This document shows positions 1 through 10,108 of a DNA stretch of 64,000 nucleotides, one piece after another. Position 1 is the first letter of the stretch. Every line of letters begins with the position of its first letter. Under the pieces are notes generated by a model. The model did no database searches. It saw only the letters and a program-made list of their open reading frames with translations, and had not been told where the DNA came from. The DNA comes from Candidatus Babeliales bacterium (lineage in GTDB: Bacteria > Babelota > Babeliae > Babelales > JANWKD01): the NCBI GenBank assembly GCA_963762115.1, contig CAVXJH010000003.1, positions 352,001 to 416,000 on the forward strand. Reading direction: 5' to 3'. The translations under genes and the position numbers were made by a program.

Positions 1-912
1 CTGCATCCAGCTGCGCAATTTTTCTTCAACAGTACCTGGCAAATACCCTATATCTGGACCTAATGGAATAACAGGGCGAGAAATAAGCATTTTTTTATAT
101 GTTTCACTAACCACAACTTGTTGTAATCCGGCAAGAAGTGCCAGAAATGTTTTCCCTGTTCCTGCTGGCCCAATTAAACTCACTAAAGGAATAGCTGGAT
201 CTAACAATAAATCTAATGCCATAGCTTGCTGAGGATTTCGTGCTTCTAATGGCCATCTGAATAACGGGGGTTGATACCGCTTAAAATTCTTACCACCGAC
301 ATAACGAAACAGTTTATAGTTTTGTGGATTATTTCGGCTAGTAACTAACACAAATTCATTAAGAACCAAAGAATTTTCTTTTACTAAATCCAACAAATCA
401 TCGGGAAAATCTTTTTTTAATTGTATCGAAGGTAGTTCTAATTGACGCCATCCTTTATATATTTTTTCTCTTGAAACGCCATCTTTTTCATAATCTAAAG
501 CTTCGATGCCAAGCACATCAGCCTTAACCCGTGCATTAAGATCTTTTGATACAAAAAAAACATCATATCCTTGTTTTTTTAAACAAAGCCCCGTCATCAA
601 AATTTCATTATCAGCAATTTCCATTTTTAAAGGCATTGGGCCTGGTTGATCAGGCAAAAATAAAACTTTTATTATACTGCCATTTTCTAAATGTACTCCT
701 GTTCTTAATGAACCTTTTTTGCGCAAAGCATCAAGATGACGAATAACCGATCTTGAACCCGCACCCCTATCAGTACTTTCTCCTTTAAACTTATCTAATT
801 CTTCCAAAACAATTATAGGAATACCAACTAATTGATTATCAAAACTTAACAATGATGTTGGATCATAAATCAGAACGCTGGTATCTAAAAGATATATTTT
901 TTTTTCTGCCAT
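1..912 (-). CDS. PhoH-family protein with N-terminal PIN domain (PhoH2/YlaK-like), runs off window start
   Basis: Manual translation from ATG at 912: MAEKKIYLLDTSVLIYDP...IPIIVLEELDKFKG (PIN motifs), later SLIGPAGTGKTFLA (Walker A); absent from the ORF track because the stop lies outside the window. Confidence 0.9.
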   Translation of the reverse strand, partial: MAEKKIYLLDTSVLIYDPTSLLSFDNQLVGIPIIVLEELDKFKGESTDRGAGSRSVIRHLDALRKKGSLRTGVHLENGSIIKVLFLPDQPGPMPLKMEIADNEILMTGLCLKKQGYDVFFVSKDLNARVKADVLGIEALDYEKDGVSREKIYKGWRQLELPSIQLKKDFPDDLLDLVKENSLVLNEFVLVTSRNNPQNYKLFRYVGGKNFKRYQPPLFRWPLEARNPQQAMALDLLLDPAIPLVSLIGPAGTGKTFLALLAGLQQVVVSETYKKMLISRPVIPLGPDIGYLPGTVEEKLRSWMQ

Positions 913-1113
913 TAGCTTCCTTACTAAAGTAGAATCCTCTTCTAAAAAAAACTTTAGCATACCAAAAAGAAAGTAGCAAAGATCTCAACCAATCATCTCC
1001 AATAACTCGATAGTTACCCTCAATCATTGAAAATAAATAACTCTTGGTTTTACTCAATAAATTTTGTTATTTATTGAATAAATAAAAACAACAATCAAAA
1101 AGAGAGAAAAAAA

Positions 1114-4100
1114 ATGACTGTAGTTAATCATAAAAAAAATATAGCATGGATTATTTTTCTAAGTTTTCTAATACAAAGCATAACTCCATCATTATACGCC
1201 CTTCAAAATATTCAAACGGAAGATTTATACTCTGAAAATGAAGAAATTATAATCGATACTACTATTGCTGAATTTATAGTAACCATTATTGATCTGGCCT
1301 ATTTAAATGACACCTTAGACTTATTACCAAAAAGTTTATTAAAATGTTACGAAAGATTACTCAACAATAACTTATCTCTATCAGTGCTTGACTTGCTTGA
1401 AGCCTTACCAACAATGTTACAATACGCACAACTTTTAGCTGATTTTTCAACAAAAGCTCCAAGACCCCAAACTAACCATGCAATTGCTGGAGGCACAACC
1501 AACTGTAATCTTAATGAAATACTTCTTTTTTTAGAGTCACTTCAAAATAAATTAAGTAATTGTTGCTCAGAAATTCAAAATGATTTCAATCAAACATGGA
1601 CAATTTTAGCTGATATTCGTGCCAATATAGGATCAACAACAGCTATTGTTGATTTATCACCAGTATTCACCGCATTAAATGCTTGCTGCACTAACATTAA
1701 CTCCGAATTCCAACAAACGTGGTCTATACTTAATGCTGATTTCAATGGAACTTTCTCAAGCATTGCCGCAATCACCACAAGTAATTTCTCCTATAGCGTT
1801 ATCACTGATCTCAAAGCAACACTTTCAACTGACTTCAATCAAACATGGACAATTTTAAGCGCAGGATTTAATGGCACTTTCAGTGCACTCAATGCATGTT
1901 GCACCAACATCAATTCTGAATTTCAACAAACATGGTCAATACTTAACGCTGATTTTAACGGCACGTTCTCAAGCATCGCCGCAATCGCCACAAGTAACTT
2001 TTCCTATAGCGTCATCAGTGATCTCAAAGCAACACTTTCAACTGACTTCAATCAAACATGGACAATCTTAGGCGCAGGATTTAATGGAACTTATAGTGCA
2101 CTCAATGCATGTTGCACTAACATCAATTCTGAATTCCAACAAACATGGTCAATACTCGCCAGTGGCTTCAATGGCACTTTCAGCGCAATTAATAACATTA
2201 ACACTGAAGCAAATGGAACCTTCTCAGCAGTTGCTGCTGGATTCAATGGAACTTTCAGTGCACTTAATGCATGTTGCAACAACATCAATTCTGAATTCCA
2301 ACAAACATGGTCAATTCTAGGCGCTGGTTTCAATGGCACTTTCAGCGCAATTAATAACATTAACACCGAAGCAAATGGAACCTTCTCAGTAGTTGCTGCT
2401 GGATTCAATGGAACTTATAGTGCACTCAATGCATGTTGCAACAACATCAATTCTGAGTTCCAACAAACATGGTCGATCTTGGGCGCTGGTTTCAATGGCA
2501 CTTTCAGCGCAATTAATAACATTAACACTGAAGCAAATGGAACTTTTTCAGCAGTTGCTGCAGGATTCAATGGAACTTTTAGTGCACTCAATGCATGTTG
2601 CAACAACATCAATTCTGAGTTCCAACAAACGTGGTCAATTCTAGGCGCTGGTTTCAACGGCACCTTCTCGGCTATCAATACTATTAACACCGAAGCAAAT
2701 GGAACTTTCTCAGCAGTTGCTGCAGGATTTAATGGAACTTTCAGTGCACTCAATGCATGTTGCAACAACATCAATTCTGAATTCCAACAAACATGGTCAA
2801 TTCTAGGCGCTGGTTTCAATGGCACTTTCAGCGCAATTAACAACATTAACACTGAAGCAAATGGAACTTTCTCAGCAATTGCTGATTTAAAAAATACTAT
2901 GACTAATGATTTTGCTCAGACGTGGACGATCTTAGGAGCAGGATTTAATGGCACTTTTAGTGCACTTGATGCATGTTGCACCAACATCAATTCTGAGTTT
3001 CAACAAACATGGTCAATTCTAGGCGCTGGTTTCAACGGAACTTTCAGTGCAATTAACAACATTAACACTGAAGCAAATGGAACTTTCTCAGCAATTGCTG
3101 ATCTGAAAAATACTATGACTAATGATTTTGCCCAGACGTGGACAATCTTGGGAGCAGGATTTAATGGAACTTTTAGTGCAATTGCAGAATTAGATGCTGA
3201 TTTATCGGGTACATTCTCAGCAGTTGCTGCAGGTTTTAATGGCACTTTCAGTGCACTCAATGCATGCTGCACCAACATCAATTCTGAGTTCCAACAAACC
3301 TGGTCGATCTTGGCAGCTGGCTTCAATGGAACTTTCTCAGTTATCAATACTATTAACACTGAAGCAAATGGAACCTTCTCAGCAATTGCCGATTTAAAAA
3401 ACACTATGACTAATGATTTTGCTCAAACATGGACAATCTTAGGCGCAGGATTCAATGGCACTTTCAGTGCAATTGCAGAATTAGATGCTGATTTATCGGA
3501 TACATTCTCAGCAGTTGCTGCAGGTTTTAATGGAACTTTTAGTGCACTTAATGCGTGTTGCACTAATATCAATTCTGAATTCCAACAAACCTGGTCGATC
3601 TTGGCAGCTGGCTTCAATGGAACTTTCTCAGTTATCAATACTATTAACACTGAAGCAAATGGAACTTTCTCCGCAATTGCTGATCTGAAAAACACTATGA
3701 CTAATGATTTTGCTCAAACGTGGACAATATTAGGAGCAGGATTCAATGGCACTTTTAGTGCACTCGATGCGTGTTGCACCAACATCAATTCTGAGTTTCA
3801 ACAAACATGGTCAATACTCGCCAGCGGCTTCAATGGCACCTTCTCAGTTATCAATACTATTAATACTGAAGCAAATGGAACCTTCTCAGCAATTGCCGAT
3901 TTAAAAAACACTATGACTAATAATTTTGCTCAAACATGGACAATCTTAGGCGCAGGATTCAATGGCACTTTCAGTGCAATTGCAGAATTAGATGCTGATT
4001 TATCGGGTACATTCTCAGCAGTTGCTGCAGGTTTTAATGGAACTTTTAGTGCACTTAATGCGTGTTGCACTAATATCAATTCTGAATTCCAACAAACCTG

Positions 4101-6888
4101 GTCAATTCTAGGCGCTGGTTTCAACGGCACTTTCAGTGCAATTAACAACATTAACACTGAAGCAAATGGAACTTTCTCCGCAATTGCTGATCTGAAAAAC
4201 ACTATGACTAATGATTTTGCTCAAACGTGGACAATATTAGGAGCAGGGTTCAATGGCACTTTTAGTGCACTCGATGCGTGTTGCACCAACATCAATTCTG
4301 AGTTCCAACAAACCTGGTCGATCTTGGGTGCAGGCTTCAATGGCACTTTCTCAGTTATCAATACTATTAACACTGAAGCAAATGGAACCTTCTCAGCAAT
4401 TGCTGATCTGAAAAATACTATGACTAATGATTTTGCCCAGACGTGGACAATCTTAGGAGCAGGATTTAATGGAACTTTTAGTGCACTTAATGCGTGTTGC
4501 ACTAATATCAATTCTGAATTCCAACAAACATGGTCGATCTTGGCAGCTGGCTTCAATGGAACTTTCTCAGTTATCAATACTATTAACACTGAAGCAAATG
4601 GAACTTTCTCCGCTATTGCAGATCTAAAAAATACTATGACTAATGATTTTGCTCAGACGTGGACAATATTAGGAGCAGGGTTCAATGGCACTTTCAGTGC
4701 ACTCAATGCATGTTGCACCAACATCAATTCTGAATTTCAACAAACATGGTCAATACTTAATGCTGACTTCAATGGTACGTTCTCAAGCATTGCCGCAATA
4801 AGTTCAACTAATTTTTCTTACAGTGTTATCACCGATCTCAAAGCAACACTTTCGACAGATTTTAATCAAACATGGACAATCTTAGGTGCAGGTTTTAATG
4901 GCACCTTCAGTGCAATTGCAGAATTAGATGCTGATTTATCGGGTACTTTCTCAGCAATTGCTGCAGGATTCAATGGTACCTTCAGCGCACTTGATAGTGA
5001 CACTAACAATATTATATTTGTTATAAATGGCTGCTGTAATTTCATTGCTAGTGAGTTCCAACAAACGTGGACCATTCTTGCCGATGGATTTAATGATACC
5101 TTTACCAGTATTTTTAATATAGACAATGAATTTCAACAAACATGGACAATCTTAGGTGCAGGTTTTAATGGAACCTTCAGTGCAATTGCAGAATTAGATG
5201 CCGATTTATCTGGTACTTTCAGTGCACTCAATGCATGTTGCACCAATATCAATTCTGAATTCCAACAAACCTGGACTATTCTTGCTGCAGGGTTTGAACA
5301 AACATGGACAATTCTTGATGCTGATTTTAATGGAACCTTCTCAACCTTGTATGCATTAACTTTATGTGGCGGAACACCAATTGTAGCTTCAACAACAATA
5401 TCTCTTCCCGGTTATTATTGTCTTGCCAATGATATCACGGGGAATATTGTTATTAGTAGCGATAATGTTGTTTTAGATTTAAATAACCATACCATTACCA
5501 ATAATTCTAGTATTTCAATAGACATACAAGGAGGCACTAACAGAACAATAAAAAATGGACGAATTGATGGTATCGGTAGCAGTTCAACGGCAATTCAAAT
5601 TGAAAGAGGCTGCAATCAAACACAAATAGAAAATATTTTTGTTTCGGGAAATAATTCATCAAGTAGTACCGGTATAGGATTTGCACAAACCACTACCAAC
5701 TTAACAATTAACGATGTAACAATGCAAAACTTGACCTTTGGTATAAATTTACCGCAACAATCATCTTTAAGTGAAAAAATCATTCTTAACAATATCAATC
5801 TCGATACCATAACCGATACAGGGATAGTAATAGGATCCAGCATAAATGTAATAATAAAAAATATTATAATAGACGACTGTAATATTGGCATTAATTTACC
5901 AAAATGTACCGGATTACGACTTTCAAAAGCCTTGATTACTACGTCAACACAAGGAATTATCGCCAATAATGGAACGGGTTATACATTGAAAAGTATTGAA
6001 ATTACTGGGGCACCATCGCCTATAAGTTCATCAATGCAACCTTTCACCCTAACATCTCTTAGTAATGCAACTATTGATCATTGTAAAACATATAGTACAG
6101 CCGGTATTGCGTTTAATATCACCACCTGCAACAACATTCAATTTACTAGTTGCTTTATCGACGATTGTTATGGTACAGGAAGCTCAAGTATAGCCTACGG
6201 ATTCTTCATGCAAACAAATTGTTCAGATTTATACTTTAAAAATTGTGTTGTTCAAAACGTTATTGAAGTACGTGCTAATAATGTCGCTGCAGGATTTTAT
6301 ACAAATGATAGCACAAGTACTAATCTTGAAATTTTAGACTGTTCTATAAATAACATTACCGCTGCAGCCTCTAATTCTGGCCCTGGCTATGGTTATTTAA
6401 TTAATGGCAATAATATTTCTATAACAAATTGCAATGCACAAAAAATTACCAGTACTATATCATATGGATTTTCAACAACCGGTACCAATATAATGTTAAC
6501 TAATTGCTTCGTACAAACGTGTTCTACCACCGTTGCTTTAAGTACTGGCTCAGGAATTTTATTAAATACAAATGGAGGTTCAGGCTTATTATCAGCTATA
6601 AACTGTCAAAGTAGTAATAATACTAATTGCGTTGGTTTTGCAACCGATAGTGCTAATATCACTTTAGGAAATTGTGTTGCAGTCAATAATACTGGTAATA
6701 CCTTCTGTAAGGGCTTCAATTCCAGTCCAACAGCAAAACTATTTTGGTGTTTTGCAAGCGGCAATACAGCAAACTATACAAGCGGTGTTACCGCAATCAA
6801 TAATGTCACCGATCAAGTTATTTCTTACACAGGCCTAACAGTTACCGTTAAAACTGGTCCTTATGCAGGAAGTAATTTATTTATTTAA
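1114..6888 (+). CDS. Giant secreted repeat protein (1924 aa): signal peptide, long modular repeat stalk, C-terminal right-handed beta-helix (pectin-lyase-like) domain
   Basis: Hydrophobic N-terminus; repeats ACCxNINSEFQQTWSILGAGFNGTFSA; C-terminal TISLPGYYCLANDI...VVLDLNNHTI followed by Asn/Ile/Gly-rich beta-helix-like repeats. Confidence 0.85.
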   Translation: MTVVNHKKNIAWIIFLSFLIQSITPSLYALQNIQTEDLYSENEEIIIDTTIAEFIVTIIDLAYLNDTLDLLPKSLLKCYERLLNNNLSLSVLDLLEALPTMLQYAQLLADFSTKAPRPQTNHAIAGGTTNCNLNEILLFLESLQNKLSNCCSEIQNDFNQTWTILADIRANIGSTTAIVDLSPVFTALNACCTNINSEFQQTWSILNADFNGTFSSIAAITTSNFSYSVITDLKATLSTDFNQTWTILSAGFNGTFSALNACCTNINSEFQQTWSILNADFNGTFSSIAAIATSNFSYSVISDLKATLSTDFNQTWTILGAGFNGTYSALNACCTNINSEFQQTWSILASGFNGTFSAINNINTEANGTFSAVAAGFNGTFSALNACCNNINSEFQQTWSILGAGFNGTFSAINNINTEANGTFSVVAAGFNGTYSALNACCNNINSEFQQTWSILGAGFNGTFSAINNINTEANGTFSAVAAGFNGTFSALNACCNNINSEFQQTWSILGAGFNGTFSAINTINTEANGTFSAVAAGFNGTFSALNACCNNINSEFQQTWSILGAGFNGTFSAINNINTEANGTFSAIADLKNTMTNDFAQTWTILGAGFNGTFSALDACCTNINSEFQQTWSILGAGFNGTFSAINNINTEANGTFSAIADLKNTMTNDFAQTWTILGAGFNGTFSAIAELDADLSGTFSAVAAGFNGTFSALNACCTNINSEFQQTWSILAAGFNGTFSVINTINTEANGTFSAIADLKNTMTNDFAQTWTILGAGFNGTFSAIAELDADLSDTFSAVAAGFNGTFSALNACCTNINSEFQQTWSILAAGFNGTFSVINTINTEANGTFSAIADLKNTMTNDFAQTWTILGAGFNGTFSALDACCTNINSEFQQTWSILASGFNGTFSVINTINTEANGTFSAIADLKNTMTNNFAQTWTILGAGFNGTFSAIAELDADLSGTFSAVAAGFNGTFSALNACCTNINSEFQQTWSILGAGFNGTFSAINNINTEANGTFSAIADLKNTMTNDFAQTWTILGAGFNGTFSALDACCTNINSEFQQTWSILGAGFNGTFSVINTINTEANGTFSAIADLKNTMTNDFAQTWTILGAGFNGTFSALNACCTNINSEFQQTWSILAAGFNGTFSVINTINTEANGTFSAIADLKNTMTNDFAQTWTILGAGFNGTFSALNACCTNINSEFQQTWSILNADFNGTFSSIAAISSTNFSYSVITDLKATLSTDFNQTWTILGAGFNGTFSAIAELDADLSGTFSAIAAGFNGTFSALDSDTNNIIFVINGCCNFIASEFQQTWTILADGFNDTFTSIFNIDNEFQQTWTILGAGFNGTFSAIAELDADLSGTFSALNACCTNINSEFQQTWTILAAGFEQTWTILDADFNGTFSTLYALTLCGGTPIVASTTISLPGYYCLANDITGNIVISSDNVVLDLNNHTITNNSSISIDIQGGTNRTIKNGRIDGIGSSSTAIQIERGCNQTQIENIFVSGNNSSSSTGIGFAQTTTNLTINDVTMQNLTFGINLPQQSSLSEKIILNNINLDTITDTGIVIGSSINVIIKNIIIDDCNIGINLPKCTGLRLSKALITTSTQGIIANNGTGYTLKSIEITGAPSPISSSMQPFTLTSLSNATIDHCKTYSTAGIAFNITTCNNIQFTSCFIDDCYGTGSSSIAYGFFMQTNCSDLYFKNCVVQNVIEVRANNVAAGFYTNDSTSTNLEILDCSINNITAAASNSGPGYGYLINGNNISITNCNAQKITSTISYGFSTTGTNIMLTNCFVQTCSTTVALSTGSGILLNTNGGSGLLSAINCQSSNNTNCVGFATDSANITLGNCVAVNNTGNTFCKGFNSSPTAKLFWCFASGNTANYTSGVTAINNVTDQVISYTGLTVTVKTGPYAGSNLFI
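1672..5345 (+). repeat. Intragenic mosaic tandem repeat of 33/42/87/126-bp modules
   Basis: Recurring DNA units such as aattctgaattccaacaaacatggtc and aatggaactttc/aatggcactttc, in frame, with synonymous variation. Confidence 0.95.
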
Positions 6889-6904
6889 GAATACTACTCA
6901 TTTT

Positions 6905-6937
6905 AAAAGCCCTAGAAAATCTCTAGGGCTTTTTTTT
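6905..6937 (+). terminator. Rho-independent terminator
   Basis: aaaagccctag-loop-ctagggc followed by T run, just after the giant ORF stop. Confidence 0.85.
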
Positions 6938-7054
6938 AAATAAAAAATCCTACATTTATACAAAAATTCTTTATTTATCAATCAAAATAGTCAACACAGA
7001 AAAAAAAAGATAAAATGAATTCAAAAAGTAGAACCAATACAAAGGATATTCTTC

Positions 7055-8758
7055 ATGAACAAAGAAGAAAAATTACAAATTTTACGACATTCAGCGGCAC
7101 ATTTATTAGCTCAAGCAACAGTTGCACTGTATCCTAAAACAATTCTAACCATAGGTCCTGCGACTAAAGAAGGGTTTTTTTATGATGTTTTACCCCATCA
7201 AAATTTTAAGGAAGAAGATTTAGCAATCCTTGAAGCTAAAATGCATGAACTCTCAAAAAAAAATTATCCAATCACCCATGAAGAAATTTCAAAAGAAAAA
7301 GCTCGCGTTATTTTCAAAGATAACCCTTTCAAATTAGAACTGATTGAAGGAATACCTGGTGATACCGTAGGATTATCACGCCAAGGAGATTTTTATGACC
7401 TTTGTCGCGGTGGTCACGTTGCTTCAACCGGTGATATCAACTATTTTAAATTGCTCAACATTTCTGGCTCATATTGGCGTGCTGATAGAAACGGTCAAGC
7501 TTTGCAACGCATCACAGGAACTGCTTTTTTAAGTCAAGAAGATTTTAATGAATATGAAAGACTAAAAGAAGAAGCAGAAAAATATGATCATCGAAAACTT
7601 GGCAAGCAAATGAATCTCTTTTCATTTCATGATGAAGGAGTTGGCTTTCCCTTCTTTCATCCAAAAGGTAAAACGGTTATCAATATTTTGATTAATTTCC
7701 TTAAAAAAATTCTTGATCGCTACAATTACCAAGAAATTTCATCACCGATCATGTTAAGCGATGACTTATGGAAACAATCAGGTCATTATGCTCATTATAA
7801 AGATAATATGTATTTTTCAACCATTGATGAAAAACATTATGCAATACGCCCCATGAACTGTCCTGGTGCTATTTTGACGTATAAAGAACGACCTCATTCT
7901 TATCGAGAATTACCTTTAAAATTATCAGAATTTGGCCTTGTTCACCGTCATGAATTATCTGGTGTTTTACACGGATTATTTCGTGTACGAGCATTTACAC
8001 AAGATGATGCTCATGTTTTTTGCACGGTTAATCAACTGCAAGATGAAATATCCTCTATGATCAGTATGATTTTTCTTGTTTATAAAAAATTTGAATTCAA
8101 AGAAATAAAAGTTGCTGTCTCCACAAGACCAGCCAATTCAATGGGAAGTACTGAATTATGGGATACAGCCACCAATGCATTAACTAAGGCTCTTGATAAT
8201 CAAAAAATACCCTATACCATACAAAAAGGTGAAGGGGCATTTTACGGACCAAAAATCGAATTTATTATTCGAGATTCAATGGGCCGTGAATGGCAGTGTG
8301 GCACAATACAAGTTGATTTTGCCCAGCCTGAAAATTTTGATCTGTCATATGTTTCAGCACAAGGCAATAAAGAACGACCTGTTATGATACATCGAGCAAT
8401 ATATGGATCTATGGAAAGATTCTTTGGCATATTATTAGAGCATTTCAAAGGGCATTTACCATTTTGGTTAGCGCCAATACAAATAAAAATTCTCACTATT
8501 ACTGATGAGCAAAAAGAATATGCAAAGAAAATCATGCAAGAACTTAAGAATCAAGATGTTCGCATAGAGCTAGATGAATCATCAGATCCAATTTCGGGAC
8601 AAATTAAAACAGCACAATTGGAAAAAATTCCATGGATGTTAGTTCTTGGCAAAAAAGAGATGGCAAACGAAACAGTTACCTTACGTTATAATGATGGAAA
8701 ACAAGAATTTGGCATAACCTTCGATGAATTACTTACTAAAATTAAGGAAAATTCTTAA
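7055..8758 (+). CDS. thrS: Threonyl-tRNA synthetase (short form without N-terminal TGS domain)
   Basis: RHSAAHL and DLCRGGH editing motifs, DHRKLG, RPMNCPG, RVRAFTQDDAH, GAFYGPK, HRAIYGSMERF. Confidence 0.98.
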   Translation: MNKEEKLQILRHSAAHLLAQATVALYPKTILTIGPATKEGFFYDVLPHQNFKEEDLAILEAKMHELSKKNYPITHEEISKEKARVIFKDNPFKLELIEGIPGDTVGLSRQGDFYDLCRGGHVASTGDINYFKLLNISGSYWRADRNGQALQRITGTAFLSQEDFNEYERLKEEAEKYDHRKLGKQMNLFSFHDEGVGFPFFHPKGKTVINILINFLKKILDRYNYQEISSPIMLSDDLWKQSGHYAHYKDNMYFSTIDEKHYAIRPMNCPGAILTYKERPHSYRELPLKLSEFGLVHRHELSGVLHGLFRVRAFTQDDAHVFCTVNQLQDEISSMISMIFLVYKKFEFKEIKVAVSTRPANSMGSTELWDTATNALTKALDNQKIPYTIQKGEGAFYGPKIEFIIRDSMGREWQCGTIQVDFAQPENFDLSYVSAQGNKERPVMIHRAIYGSMERFFGILLEHFKGHLPFWLAPIQIKILTITDEQKEYAKKIMQELKNQDVRIELDESSDPISGQIKTAQLEKIPWMLVLGKKEMANETVTLRYNDGKQEFGITFDELLTKIKENS

Positions 8759-8947
8759 ATAATGAAAAAACCTTTTAAAACCGCAATTACACTCAATAGT
8801 AATTGACAAAATGGCATTATAAAATAAAACAAAAAAAAATAAATTTAAAATTGTTTTTGAAAAACCGTTGACTTCGACTTGCAATAACGATTACATTTAA
8901 ATTGTATGGTATGAAGTTGTAGTATTAATCCTTAACAAGGAGAAACA

Positions 8948-9307
8948 ATGGTTGCAAAGAGAAAAAAAGCTGCTCCAAAGAAGAGAACAGTAAAAAGAGC
9001 TGCTCCTAAACGTAAAGTAGCTAAAAAGGCTGCTCCTAAGAGAAAAACAGTTAAAAGAGCTGCCCCAAAACGTAAAGTCGTAAAAAGAGCTGCTCCTAAA
9101 CGTAAAGTAGCTAAAAAGGCTGCTCCTAAGAGAAAAACAGTTAAAAGAGCTGCCCCAAAACGTAAAGCCGTTAAAAGAGCTGCTCCTAAACGTAAAGTAG
9201 CTAAAAAGGCTGCTCCTAAGAGAAAAACAGTTAAAAGAGCTGCTCCTAAAAGACGTGTAGCTAAAAAAGTAGCTGTTACCACCCACATTGTCGGCGCTAC
9301 TCACTAA
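8948..9307 (+). CDS. Histone H1-like Lys/Arg/Ala/Pro repeat nucleoid protein (Hc2/HctB-like)
   Basis: 10-aa repeats KRKVAKKAAP/KRKTVKRAAP; strong SD aaggag before ATG; 90-bp DNA period at 9001, 9091, 9181. Confidence 0.85.
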   Translation: MVAKRKKAAPKKRTVKRAAPKRKVAKKAAPKRKTVKRAAPKRKVVKRAAPKRKVAKKAAPKRKTVKRAAPKRKAVKRAAPKRKVAKKAAPKRKTVKRAAPKRRVAKKVAVTTHIVGATH

Positions 9308-9318
9308 ATCTCAAATAT

Positions 9319-9367
9319 AATAAAATAAAGGGCGATATAATTTAATTATGTTGCCTTTTATTTTATT
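9319..9367. terminator. Bidirectional terminator-like hairpin between convergent genes
   Basis: aataaaataaagggcgatataa / ttatgttgccttttattttatt inverted repeat. Confidence 0.65.
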
Positions 9368-10040
9368 AACGCATTTTTTTAACCCCTTTTCTTATACAAA
9401 GATCAAATACTGGGCACCGAGAACAAAATGGTGCAACAGGAACACAAATATTCTGTCCCCACATTACCAATAATTTGTTATATTCTATCCAAAATTCTGG
9501 TGGCAGAATTTTCATTAATTCTTTTTCAGTTTCTTCTGGCGTTTTTGTTTCAACTAATCCTAAACGATTAGAAATGCGATGAACATGAATATCAACGCAC
9601 AAAGCAGGAATGCCAAAAGCAACGCCAAGCACTAAATTTGCCGTCTTAGGACCAACTCCTTTGATAAACATTAATTGTTCTTTTGTATGCGGTACTTCAC
9701 CATTAAACTGTTCTATCAATTGCCTACTCACTTCTTTGAGCGTTTGAGCTTTCTTTTTATAAAAACCAATTGAATGAATTTCATGTTCAAGGTCTTCGAG
9801 GGGGAAATCAACAAATTGTTGTGGTGTTCTTGCTTTTTTGAATAACAACTTGCACACAGGATAGGTCATGACATCACGAGCTCGCAGACTCAATAAACAA
9901 CTTATTAAAATAAGAAAAGGATCATTATTATATTCTTTTGCTATAAGTTCGCTCATGGGCTGCATCATTCCTTGCGTTGCTGTTCGCAAAATCTCAATAA
10001 TAGCGAGCGCTCGTTGTGTTTTTTTGTTTATAATCATCAT
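9366..10040 (-). CDS. nth: Endonuclease III
   Basis: HhH motif IKGVGPKTA, VDIHVHRISNRLG, C-terminal 4Fe-4S Cys cluster CVPVAPFCSRCPVFDLC. Confidence 0.95.
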   Translation of the reverse strand: MMIINKKTQRALAIIEILRTATQGMMQPMSELIAKEYNNDPFLILISCLLSLRARDVMTYPVCKLLFKKARTPQQFVDFPLEDLEHEIHSIGFYKKKAQTLKEVSRQLIEQFNGEVPHTKEQLMFIKGVGPKTANLVLGVAFGIPALCVDIHVHRISNRLGLVETKTPEETEKELMKILPPEFWIEYNKLLVMWGQNICVPVAPFCSRCPVFDLCIRKGVKKMR

Positions 10041-10108
10041 AATCCCCTTAATAGGACCACACTTCTCACTTTAATCTGCTTTATGACTTATGTGTGTTAA
10101 TATTATTC

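Noticed and set aside
863..1057. 64-aa minus-strand ORF
   Set aside because: Overlaps, out of frame, the real PhoH-like start at 912; no recognisable motif
1590..5139. Many overlapping short ORFs and regular repeats resembling a CRISPR array or DGR
   Set aside because: Repeats are in-frame coding modules with synonymous variation and no unique spacers; no cas or reverse transcriptase gene in the window; short ORFs are shadows of the repeat
8897..9304. Two antisense ORFs over the histone-like gene
   Set aside because: Stop-free reverse frames are expected for K/R/A/P repeats; SD and terminator support the plus strand
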